Shown here in pieces: positions 9,656 to 17,518 of a stretch of 64,000 bases of DNA. Position 1 is the stretch's first letter, and the number at the start of each line of letters is the position of its first letter. A program made the position numbers and the translations under genes. The stretch lies in assembly GCA_024278935.1 (NCBI GenBank), contig JAJRSF010000006.1, forward strand, positions 37,842 to 101,841, read 5' to 3'. A model generated the notes under the pieces. That model saw nothing but the letters and a program-made list of their open reading frames with translations, was not told where the DNA came from and did no database searches. The stretch comes from Candidatus Zixiibacteriota bacterium (GTDB taxonomy: Bacteria > Zixibacteria > MSB-5A5 > GN15 > FEB-12).

Positions 9656-9891
9656 TGTGGGTAACATCTTAGTTTTGTGGATAACCTCTTTAATCGTTGT
9701 CGTGCTTTGCTTTAGCTTGTGAAGTAGATAATTATAGATTCTATTTATCCACAAACAAGAGGAATGAACCCAATATATTAAGTTCGTGTGAGAATTACGT
9801 TTAGGCTGTATTTTATTAAGCAGTGGTTCAATTTTAACATTTTTTCAGCTTGTCATAACTATCGATTGTATAATGGCTGATCTGTGTATAA
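9656..9891. promoter_or_regulatory. DnaA-box cluster (candidate oriC module or DnaA-titration/regulatory site)
   Basis: Boxes are TGTGGGTAA 9656-9664 (1 mismatch), TGTGGATAA 9676-9684 (perfect), TTATCCACA 9745-9753 (perfect) and TGTGTATAA 9883-9891 (1 mismatch). AT-rich tracts lie at 9800-9960. TGCTTTGCTTTA (9703-9714) and GAACCCAATAT (9766-9776) are also found upstream of dnaA. Confidence 0.7.
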
Positions 9892-9969
9892 GCGGTTTAG
9901 AATTCACTTATTTATGTGAATATCTCTACCGTTTTAATAATTATGTTTGAGTGAAAAGGAAAGTATCAG

Positions 9970-10977
9970 ATGACAGCAGATAGCAATGACCTCCAAGCAG
10001 TCGAAAATCTTCAAAAAGCATATCAACAAATTCGTTCAGAAGTATCAAAAGTAATTATCGGGCAGGATAAAGTTGTCGAACAGCTTCTTATCTCGCTCTT
10101 TTCATCGGGACATTGTTTATTAGTTGGCGTTCCGGGGCTTGCCAAGACTTTATTGATTTCAACTTTGGCAGAAGTTCTTAACCTAGATTTTAATCGCATT
10201 CAATTCACACCCGACTTGATGCCATCTGACATTACCGGTACAGAAATTATCGAAGAAGACCACACCACCGGCAAACGAGAATTTCGTTTTGTCAGAGGTC
10301 CTATATTTGCTAATATTGTTTTAGCTGATGAAATCAACCGTACTCCTCCGAAAACTCAAGCGGCACTTCTGCAGGCGATGCAGGAACATGAAGTCACTAC
10401 TGCCGGGGAAACATTTAAACTCGATGAGCCGTTTTTTGTTCTGGCAACGCAAAACCCGATTGAACAGGAAGGGACTTATCCTCTTCCCGAAGCACAACTT
10501 GATCGGTTTATGTTTAATATCATGGTTGACTATCCATCGGCAGAGGAAGAACATCTGATTGTAAAAACTACAACATCAGTTTCGGATGTAAAAATTAATA
10601 AGATATTATCAACGGAAGAAATTATTGGCTTCCAGAAATTAATTCGTCGTGTTCCTGTTTCCGACCATCTGATTGAGTATGCGGTGAATATTGTACGGGC
10701 TACTCGTCCGAATGAAGATAACGCATTTGATTATATAAAAAACTGGGTCAACTGGGGTGCCGGTCCGAGAGCATCGCAGTATTTGATACTCGCTGCCAAA
10801 ACCAAAGCAGTTCTTGAAGGTCGTCCGACTCCGGGACCGGAAGATGTCCGCTTTGCCGCCTACCCGGTGCTTCGACATCGTATTGTAACATCGTTTAACG
10901 CCGAAGCAGATGGTATCGACATAATGGAAATTATCACAAAATTATTAGACTCGGTAAAACTACCTAAGACGGAGTAG
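9970..10977 (+). CDS. MoxR-family AAA+ ATPase
   Basis: 335 aa with Walker A GVPGLAKT and Walker B VLADEINR. Collinear with the MoxR/AAA_3 family. Confidence 0.95.
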   Translation: MTADSNDLQAVENLQKAYQQIRSEVSKVIIGQDKVVEQLLISLFSSGHCLLVGVPGLAKTLLISTLAEVLNLDFNRIQFTPDLMPSDITGTEIIEEDHTTGKREFRFVRGPIFANIVLADEINRTPPKTQAALLQAMQEHEVTTAGETFKLDEPFFVLATQNPIEQEGTYPLPEAQLDRFMFNIMVDYPSAEEEHLIVKTTTSVSDVKINKILSTEEIIGFQKLIRRVPVSDHLIEYAVNIVRATRPNEDNAFDYIKNWVNWGAGPRASQYLILAAKTKAVLEGRPTPGPEDVRFAAYPVLRHRIVTSFNAEADGIDIMEIITKLLDSVKLPKTE

Positions 10978-10992
10978 AAAAATAATGAGTAG

Positions 10993-11043
10993 GTCGAAAC
11001 CCGGTCGGTTTCGACTTTCCTGGATTCCTGCCTCCGCAGGAAT
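10993..11043. repeat. Two GC-rich hairpin repeats immediately after moxR (probable terminator)
   Basis: GTCGAAACC-cggtc-GGTTTCGAC at 10993-11015 and ATTCCTGC-ctcc-GCAGGAAT at 11024-11043. They translate to the spurious ..FRLSWIPASAGMT.. N-terminus of track ORF 10985. Confidence 0.8.
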
Positions 11044-11062
11044 GACATTATCTGAATTACCT

Positions 11063-11575
11063 ATGTTAAATATAAAATTACAAAATCTTCCGCCATTTGG
11101 AAAACTGTTTGTCGGTATGACTGCGGTGCTTATGCTTTGTGTCTGCCTTTGGTCGATGATTATTTTCTATGTCGACCAAGGTATAATGACTGAAGATTCT
11201 AAACCACTCTACATGCAGGATAAAACTGAAAAGGTTCAAGAGTCGTATGACGAACAAGACGGTGAGTCGCAACTTCGTCACAATGTTGGGCTTGCTCATA
11301 CGCATATCAACGGGCAGACCCTTTTGTATTTTGTCTTAGGATTTTTGTTTCTGTTTACATCAACAAAAGATAAGATTAAAAAATATGTCTATTGGATATT
11401 TGGCGTTGCAGTCTTTACGCATACTGTCGGTCTGTCGGGTCAAGGGTTCTATTCGATTTTTGATGACTTGCTGGCACTAAGTGGCGTGACATTGCTAGTC
11501 GTTATACCGTATATGTGTTTGCTTATAATTGTAGATTTATTTAAACTGCCTGAAGGCAGTCTTACTAATGAATAA
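11063..11575 (+). CDS. Hypothetical integral membrane protein (about 4 TM)
   Basis: Long ORF with hydrophobic segments. The start was moved to ATG 11063 because codons 1-26 of the track ORF are encoded by hairpin repeats. No family was recognised. Confidence 0.5.
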   Translation: MLNIKLQNLPPFGKLFVGMTAVLMLCVCLWSMIIFYVDQGIMTEDSKPLYMQDKTEKVQESYDEQDGESQLRHNVGLAHTHINGQTLLYFVLGFLFLFTSTKDKIKKYVYWIFGVAVFTHTVGLSGQGFYSIFDDLLALSGVTLLVVIPYMCLLIIVDLFKLPEGSLTNE

Positions 11576-11585
11576 TTAAAGATAA

Positions 11586-11715
11586 TGTCATTCCTGTGAA
11601 GAAACTGTTGAATATTTATTTCAAGACCCTTCGACAAGCTCAGGGTGACTTGAAATAAATTAATATAATAAGTCATACTAAACAGCTTGCAAGCTGTGAG
11701 CTTGTCGAAGTATGT
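11586..11715. repeat. Cluster of three GC-rich intergenic repeat elements
   Basis: TGTCATTCCTGTGAA half-element at 11586-11600. TTTCAAGACCCTTCGACAAGCTCAGGGTGACTTGAAA at 11619-11655, which is the inverted copy of 63831-63868. GTCATACTAAACAGCTTGCAAGCTGTGAGCTTGTCGAAGTATGTTC at 11672-11715, related to 63887-63915. Confidence 0.85.
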
Positions 11716-11733
11716 TCAATAAAATTGATAAAT

Positions 11734-12675
11734 ATGAAAAATAATTTTGGTATCGCAATTCATGGTGGAGCAGGAACTATCTTACGGAAAAACCTGACTC
11801 CTAAACTAGAACAACAATTCCGAACAGCCTTAAGGCTGTCTATAGAATCGGGTAAATCTATACTTGAAAATGGCGGCACTTCCCTTGATGCTGTCCAAGC
11901 TGCTGTCGTAGTTATGGAAGATTCCGATCAGTTCAACGCCGGTAAAGGTGCGGTATTTACCAACGATGAAACCAACGAAATGGATTCATCTATCATGTGT
12001 GGTAAAACACTTGCCTGTGGATGTGGTACGCTTCTTCGTCATATCAAAAACCCTATAATTTTCGCACGTACCGTGATGGAAAAGTCTGAACATGTTTTAT
12101 TAGCATCAGATGGTGCCGAACAATTTGCCAAATTGCATGATATTGAAATAGTCGATGCTAAGTATTTTCATACTAAACGTCGATGGTTCCAACTGCAAGT
12201 TGTCAAAGAAAGCGATGATAATAAAGCAATTCTCGACCATGATGGTGATAACAGTAAACATGGAACTGTCGGGGCTGTTGCCTTGGACAAAGATGGCAAC
12301 CTTGCGGCGGCGACATCATCGGGTGGCATGACCAATAAAAAATATAATCGTATCGGCGACACACCAATGATAGGTGCTGGAACCTACGCCGACAATGCAA
12401 CCTGTGCTGTTTCTACAACCGGTCATGGTGAATATTTCATGCGACTTGTCACCGCCAAAGATATCTGTGATATGATAAGCTATAAACAATTTTCAATTGA
12501 TTTAGCTACTAAAGAAGCAATAAAAAAACTAACTGCCATAGATGGTTCCGGCGGTGTCATTGCCATTGACAACAATGGTAATATTGCAATGCCGATGAAT
12601 TGTGCCGGAATGTATAGAGCATCATTTTCTGCTGATGACAAAGAACCATCGGTGAAGATTTTTGTAGAAGAGTAG
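11734..12675 (+). CDS. iaaA: Isoaspartyl peptidase / L-asparaginase (Ntn hydrolase, asparaginase_2 family)
   Basis: N-terminal ..GIAIHGGAG.., the autoprocessing site ..HGTVGAVALD.. (Thr nucleophile) and ..GAGTYADN.. are present. The start was placed at ATG 11734, in frame with track TTG 11725. Confidence 0.9.
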   Translation: MKNNFGIAIHGGAGTILRKNLTPKLEQQFRTALRLSIESGKSILENGGTSLDAVQAAVVVMEDSDQFNAGKGAVFTNDETNEMDSSIMCGKTLACGCGTLLRHIKNPIIFARTVMEKSEHVLLASDGAEQFAKLHDIEIVDAKYFHTKRRWFQLQVVKESDDNKAILDHDGDNSKHGTVGAVALDKDGNLAAATSSGGMTNKKYNRIGDTPMIGAGTYADNATCAVSTTGHGEYFMRLVTAKDICDMISYKQFSIDLATKEAIKKLTAIDGSGGVIAIDNNGNIAMPMNCAGMYRASFSADDKEPSVKIFVEE

Positions 12676-12842
12676 TGGCAATGCCACTTAGCGACAATGT
12701 CACTTTTCTATAATTTAAAAGCGCTACCTATTAAGCAGTCATTGCGAGAAATTTTGCGACAGCAAACGAATCGTGGCAATCTTGTTTTTCAATAAATAAA
12801 CATGAGGTTGCTGCACTCCCCTTGGTCGTTCGCAATGACAGA
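12674..12842. repeat. GC-rich repeat cluster (GTCATTGCGA-type elements in inverted orientation)
   Basis: AGTGGCAaTGCCACT palindrome at 12674-12688. GTCATTGCGAGAAATTTTGCGACAGCAAACGAATCGTGGCAATC at 12738-12781. The inverted ..GGTCGTTCGCAATGACAG ends at 12842. Confidence 0.8.
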
Positions 12843-12856
12843 AAAAAGAAACTTAT

Positions 12857-13759
12857 ATGTCTGATGATTATAAAAAATATTTAGAACCTGAAGTTGTTTC
12901 CAAACTGAAAGGGATGGACCTCAAGGCACGTCTTGTTGTCGAAGGGTTTATTGCCGGGATGCATAAATCGCCATACCATGGTTTCTCAGTTGAGTTCGCC
13001 GAGCACCGTCAGTATATGCCGGGTGATAATATTTCAGATATTGATTGGAAAGTCTACGCAAAGTCTGACCGTTATTATATAAAACAGTATGAAGAGGAAA
13101 CCAATCTCAAGGCTTATCTTTTGTTGGACTGTTCAAAATCAATGGCGTATAGCTCTGACCCTAAGCGAGTGCATAAGCTCGACTACGCCGGTATGTTGTC
13201 GGGAGCGTTGTCGTACATGCTTCTTCGCCAACGTGATGCGGTTGGGATAGTGACCTTTGATGAAAAGATTCGTCAGTATATTCCGCCACGTTCTAAAAAA
13301 GGACACCTGCATGTTTTGCTTAATGAGATTGCCAAACAGGTACCTTCTGAATCGACTGATATTTCAAATGCACTACATGAGATGGCCGAACGGATTAAAC
13401 GACGCGGTCTGATTATTCTGATGTCTGATCTACTCGATGAACCTGATAAGATATTGTCAGGGTTGAAACATTTTCGATATAACAATCATGAAGTGATCGT
13501 CTTTCATATTTTAGACCCACGCGAACGGGACTTTGCTTTTTCAAAAGAAGCAATTTTTAAAGATATGGAAACAGGCGAGGAGATTACCACCTTGCCGTAT
13601 CAAATCAAAAAAGATTTCGCCTCGCAGGTACAGGAATTCTCAGACAAAATCGCTACTACCTGTCGAGCCAGCAATATCGACTATGTCCCGATCGACACAT
13701 CGATGTCATTTGACAAAGCTTTGTATGCCTTTTTAGCTAAACGGTCGAGATTGGTGTAG
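12857..13759 (+). CDS. DUF58 domain protein (vWA-like MoxR partner)
   Basis: 300 aa with the DUF58 signature ..YHGFSVEFAEHRQYMPGDNISDIDWKVYAKSDRYYIKQYEEETN.. and a vWA-like ..LLLDCSKSM... Confidence 0.9.
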   Translation: MSDDYKKYLEPEVVSKLKGMDLKARLVVEGFIAGMHKSPYHGFSVEFAEHRQYMPGDNISDIDWKVYAKSDRYYIKQYEEETNLKAYLLLDCSKSMAYSSDPKRVHKLDYAGMLSGALSYMLLRQRDAVGIVTFDEKIRQYIPPRSKKGHLHVLLNEIAKQVPSESTDISNALHEMAERIKRRGLIILMSDLLDEPDKILSGLKHFRYNNHEVIVFHILDPRERDFAFSKEAIFKDMETGEEITTLPYQIKKDFASQVQEFSDKIATTCRASNIDYVPIDTSMSFDKALYAFLAKRSRLV

Positions 13760-13768
13760 GGCTGAACC

Positions 13769-13858
13769 CTTTTATAGTACATTTGAACTACTTTTAAGTA
13801 CAATTACCACTTGACAGCCGTACTCTTTTATAGTACACTTGTACTACTTATGAGTACA
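13769..13858. promoter_or_regulatory. Duplicated 34-bp operator-like direct repeat flanking a TTGACA box
   Basis: 13769-13802 CTTTTATAGTACATTTGAACTACTTTTAAGTACA and 13825-13858 CTTTTATAGTACACTTGTACTACTTATGAGTACA match at 30 of 34 positions. Each contains a TAGTACA-n2-TGTACTA type palindrome. TTGACA lies at 13811-13816. Copy 2 overlaps the ATG at 13850. Confidence 0.65.
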
Positions 13859-14464
13859 GACAACCAAAAAAATAAAAGCTTAGGCGAATCTCTTTTCCCA
13901 AAAATAAAAAGAGAATTGCTCTCGCTCTTTTTCCTAAACCCAAGTAAAACCTATTACCACAGAGAAGTTATAAGAATACTGGGCTCTTCACCCGGTGCAG
14001 TTCAGAAGGAACTCATAAATTTAGTAGAAGCTGAAATACTGAATACTGAATTTAAGGGAAATAGAAGATATTACCAAGTAAATCAAAATTGTTTTATATA
14101 TCACGATTTAAGAGAGATTGTAGTTAAAACTTTTGGGGTTGTTGATATAATTAAAGAAGCATTAGACCCATTAAAAGATAAAATTGAAGTAGCATTTATT
14201 TATGGCTCTGTTGCACAAAAAACAGATACAGGTAATAGTGATATTGACTTACTATTTATAGCAGATATACCATTTAGAGAATTTGCTATTTTATTAAAAC
14301 CACTTGAAGATGTTTTGCAGAGAGAAATTAACTTTTCTATATATCCAATTTTAATATTATTAAATGACAAAATAGAAGAGAATAATTTTTTGAATTCAGT
14401 TCTGAAAACTAATATAATATCTTTATTTGGGGAATCTGATGTCATTACAAGATTGGTTAAATAA
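13850..14464 (+). CDS. wHTH plus minimal nucleotidyltransferase (MNT-type putative antitoxin)
   Basis: N-terminal winged-helix-like region (..YYHREVIRILGSSPGAVQKELINLVEAEIL..) and the NTase motif GSVAQKTDTGNSDIDLLFI (GS..DxD). The start was moved to ATG 13850, in frame with track TTG 13811. Confidence 0.7.
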   Translation: MSTDNQKNKSLGESLFPKIKRELLSLFFLNPSKTYYHREVIRILGSSPGAVQKELINLVEAEILNTEFKGNRRYYQVNQNCFIYHDLREIVVKTFGVVDIIKEALDPLKDKIEVAFIYGSVAQKTDTGNSDIDLLFIADIPFREFAILLKPLEDVLQREINFSIYPILILLNDKIEENNFLNSVLKTNIISLFGESDVITRLVK

Positions 14465-14882
14465 TAGGTGGTTAAAAGAGCATCAAACAAGCAAAAATGA
14501 AATTAGTGCCCTCCTTAAAAAACTCAAAGTAAATGAAATTCAGTTAAAAATTAAGGAAATTACTCCAGACTGGAGATTAGCTTTTGCATACAACAATATA
14601 ATGACTATTGCAGCGATTGCTTTAAAAATTTCTGGGTATAGACTACCAGTAGATAGAGGACATCACGAAAAAACTATAGATTCTTTAAAATTTACATTGG
14701 ATACAGATAGTGTAACAAGAATTGTTATTCATGAAATTAGAAAAAAAAGAAACAATGCAGAATATGATGCTGTTGGAACTATTAGTGAACAAGATGTAAC
14801 CGAAGCAATGAATATCGCTAAAGAATTAAAATATAAATTAGAAGGTTGGCTCAAAGATAACCATCCTGTGTATTTAGAATAA
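14439..14882 (+). CDS. HEPN-like domain protein (putative toxin partner of the MNT protein)
   Basis: About 147 aa, all-helical, overlapping the upstream gene by 26 nt. ..IRKKRNNAEYD.. resembles the HEPN R-x4-6-H motif but has Tyr in place of His. The family assignment is tentative. Confidence 0.55.
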   Translation: MSLQDWLNNRWLKEHQTSKNEISALLKKLKVNEIQLKIKEITPDWRLAFAYNNIMTIAAIALKISGYRLPVDRGHHEKTIDSLKFTLDTDSVTRIVIHEIRKKRNNAEYDAVGTISEQDVTEAMNIAKELKYKLEGWLKDNHPVYLE

Positions 14883-14932
14883 CCCCCCAATTTCCCACTT
14901 GCCAAATTTTCGAATTTCCGTACATTACCGAC

Positions 14933-15310
14933 ATGTATAACGAAACAGTCATGGAACATTTTCAGAACCCTCGCAATACCGGCGAAATCGAAAACGCCGA
15001 TGGTATCGGTAAAGTAGGTAACCCAAGTTGCGGCGATGTTATGATGATGTATATCAAAGTTGAAGACGGTAAAATTGTTGATCTCAAATACAAGACTTTT
15101 GGATGTGCAGCTGCTATCGCGACATCATCGGTTGCCTCGGAACTTCTTATCGGCAAAACAATCGAGGAAGCCGAACAACTGACCAAGATGGATATTGTTG
15201 AAGTCTTAAACGGTCTCCCTGAAGAAAAAATCGCTTGTTCGACAATCGCCCCCGATGCAATCCGTGCTGCTATCGAGAATTACCGCAGCAGCCAAAAGGC
15301 TGATTCATAA
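14933..15310 (+). CDS. iscU: Fe-S cluster assembly scaffold IscU/NifU N-terminal type
   Basis: MYNETVMEHFQNPRNTGEI..GNPSCGDVMMMYIKV..KTFGCAAAIATSS.. shows the three conserved Cys ligands and the typical N-terminus. Confidence 0.9.
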   Translation: MYNETVMEHFQNPRNTGEIENADGIGKVGNPSCGDVMMMYIKVEDGKIVDLKYKTFGCAAAIATSSVASELLIGKTIEEAEQLTKMDIVEVLNGLPEEKIACSTIAPDAIRAAIENYRSSQKADS

Positions 15311-15343
15311 CTATGAATTAAAATAATTATACATATTTCATTC

Positions 15344-15369
15344 AAAGCTTAATAACAAACCTAAGCTTT
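15344..15369 (+). terminator. Possible intrinsic terminator after iscU
   Basis: AAAGCTTA (15344-15351) and TAAGCTTT (15362-15369) form a stem with a 10-nt loop, running into TTTTG. Confidence 0.4.
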
Positions 15370-15552
15370 TGTCAGGTCACGGTAAGACCTTGTATTTGAT
15401 TACTATCCTATCATACTCCTATTACTCCTTTTTTCTCTTGCGAAATTTCAATTTTATTATATTATGGATATGTTAGTTTATTTTGAAGTTTTGCTACTGC
15501 TTACTTCATGATTTAACAAAATAAATAAATGATATAGAGCAAGGGAATTATT

Positions 15553-16698
15553 ATGAAGTACTGTATTATAGCTATTATAATGTCTTTTTTTTCAGTTTCA
15601 TCACTCATGGCAAATGTTGAAGGTTCCGATCATGATTTAACAAGTTCTGGACAACAACTTTGTATGGCGTGTCATCTTCCACATAATGCACAAGGCGACA
15701 AACTTTGGGTTTCAGTTCCCGGAGGAACTTTTTCTGGTGTTGCCGATTTATGCTATACGTGCCATGATGGTTCTATTACCACTACTGGTTCAACGACAAT
15801 TTTTGATCAAACCGATGAACAGCATATCGATGTTGGTCCTGATTGTTCCGGTGCAGGTGGTTGTCATGATGTACATAATCAAAATCCTAACGGAACCGGC
15901 CGGTTTGTTGTTGTAGAAAGAACTAACGGTTCTTATTGTGAAACCTGTCATGATGATACTATGTTCCCCGGTGCTGAAGGTTTAGGTGATCACACCGCAG
16001 GTTTAACACATTTTACCAATGGTACAACTTTCAGATGTGAGCAATGCCATTCTGTCCATGGAGCTAGAGTACAGACAAATAATCCTCCCGGGCTTACAAA
16101 TCCGATACTTTTACACAATAATATGCCTGCTGATGGTTACTATGGAAATTTCTGTGTCCATTGTCATTTAAGTATTCCTCCCGGTGTAGCTGTTCCCGGT
16201 ACAGGCGGTGTAGCATCGATGGATCCGCTACTCTATTCAGAAGCGGTAAACGATGGTACCGAAGTCAGGCATCCTTCTATTTCATTAACAGGAACTTTTC
16301 CAACCGGTGGTTGCGATCTCTGTCATGATGTGCATGACCCTCTAGCAACCAACGTAAAATATTTACTAAAGATGGATAACACAAATTCTGCTTATTGTAT
16401 TTCATGCCATGACGGTTCTCAAGCGCCCGGTGTCGGAGCTAATACCCATTTTATTGGGACACCATCTGACATATCTATGAATTCAGGATTGACCCCGGCA
16501 TTACCATGGGCAAATCAAATCGACGAAGATGGAAACTCCGGTAACGATTGGGTTTCTGCCACTGCGAATTTGATGGTTTGTGAAACTTGTCATTCTGTGC
16601 ATAGGTTAGGAAATACCGGTGTTGAAGCTACATATTTTTTAAGACATGAAAATGGTACCACAAATCAGATTTGCTCGACCTGTCATGTAGATAATTAG
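15553..16698 (+). CDS. Secreted multihaem c-type cytochrome (9 CxxCH plus one CX5CH)
   Basis: Signal peptide MKYCIIAIIMSFFSVSSLMA. Haem motifs are CMACH, CYTCH, CETCH, CEQCH, CVHCH, CDLCH, CISCH, CETCH and CSTCH, plus CSGAGGCH. Recurrent CxxCHxVH pairs resemble doubled-CXXCH cytochromes. Confidence 0.85.
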   Translation: MKYCIIAIIMSFFSVSSLMANVEGSDHDLTSSGQQLCMACHLPHNAQGDKLWVSVPGGTFSGVADLCYTCHDGSITTTGSTTIFDQTDEQHIDVGPDCSGAGGCHDVHNQNPNGTGRFVVVERTNGSYCETCHDDTMFPGAEGLGDHTAGLTHFTNGTTFRCEQCHSVHGARVQTNNPPGLTNPILLHNNMPADGYYGNFCVHCHLSIPPGVAVPGTGGVASMDPLLYSEAVNDGTEVRHPSISLTGTFPTGGCDLCHDVHDPLATNVKYLLKMDNTNSAYCISCHDGSQAPGVGANTHFIGTPSDISMNSGLTPALPWANQIDEDGNSGNDWVSATANLMVCETCHSVHRLGNTGVEATYFLRHENGTTNQICSTCHVDN

Positions 16699-16772
16699 AC
16701 ATTTTTTAAACTATTGATTTTCTGAATAATTTATTACTTTCAAAGTATATTATGTAAAGAAAGGAAATAGAT

Positions 16773-16985
16773 ATGCACCAAAGGTTAAATTATAAATGTC
16801 ATAAATGCGGATCAGATACATACGAAATCGGTGAGATGCGTGCTGCCGGTGGATTCTGGAGTAAAATATTTGATGTGCAGGGAGCAAAGTTTACATCGGT
16901 GACTTGTGCCAGATGTAAATATACTGATTTTTATAAAGCAGATTCATCTATGCTTGGTAATATTTTCGATTTCTTCACAAACTAG
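16773..16985 (+). CDS. Zinc-ribbon domain protein (two CxxC pairs)
   Basis: 70 aa with CHKCGS..CARCKY. ..GEMRAAGGFWSKIFDVQGAKFTSVTC.. matches the small Zn-ribbon family often annotated as a nucleic-acid-binding Zn-ribbon protein. Confidence 0.6.
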   Translation: MHQRLNYKCHKCGSDTYEIGEMRAAGGFWSKIFDVQGAKFTSVTCARCKYTDFYKADSSMLGNIFDFFTN

Positions 16986-17003
16986 TGGCTGAAACCGCTC
17001 ATA

Positions 17004-17504
17004 TTAATCTATTTTAGATTTGTCGTTTAATAAGAAGTTTGCAATATAATCTGATTTATATATCAAAAACATTGAAAAGGTAAAAGTAATTATCCTTTTC
17101 AAGGTACTCAAAAATAAATCATTAACACTAAAGCTTCCATAAACAAATGAGTCAAATGTAAATAAAGAAAATCTTATAAAATCTAAAAGTTCATTAGAAA
17201 ATATTATTACACCTATTAATATAAAACCAACTCTTAATAACATTTTATAATCAAGATTTTGAAAAGAAACGTCACTATCATTTTCAAATTTAAGAAGCTT
17301 GGATACCTGATGTGGCTTAATGAGTAAAAGCAAATATATAATAAAGCCAATAATATGAAATATATTCGAGTAAAATAATGAATTTGTATAATTATCATAA
17401 TTTGAACTTCTAAAAATATCTATGTATGAGATAAAATATTCAATATATTCTTTTATATAATATATAGATAAGAATCTGACACCCAAGTCAAATAGATTTT
17501 TCAT
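17004..17504 (-). CDS. Hypothetical membrane protein (very AT-rich ORFan)
   Basis: 166 aa with about 4 hydrophobic segments. The start was moved to ATG 17504, preceded by GGAGGG. The track extension to 17624 overlaps the upstream GNAT gene. Confidence 0.4.
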   Translation of the reverse strand: MKNLFDLGVRFLSIYYIKEYIEYFISYIDIFRSSNYDNYTNSLFYSNIFHIIGFIIYLLLLIKPHQVSKLLKFENDSDVSFQNLDYKMLLRVGFILIGVIIFSNELLDFIRFSLFTFDSFVYGSFSVNDLFLSTLKRIITFTFSMFLIYKSDYIANFLLNDKSKID

Positions 17505-17518
17505 AAACCCTCCAAGAT

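Noticed and set aside
10985-11062. N-terminal 26 codons of track ORF 10985-11575 (MSRSKPGRFRLSWIPASAGMTLSELP).
   Set aside because: These codons are encoded by two GC-rich hairpin repeats (10993-11043). The IPASAGMT-type peptide is the familiar translation of such repeats. ATG 11063 was preferred as the start.
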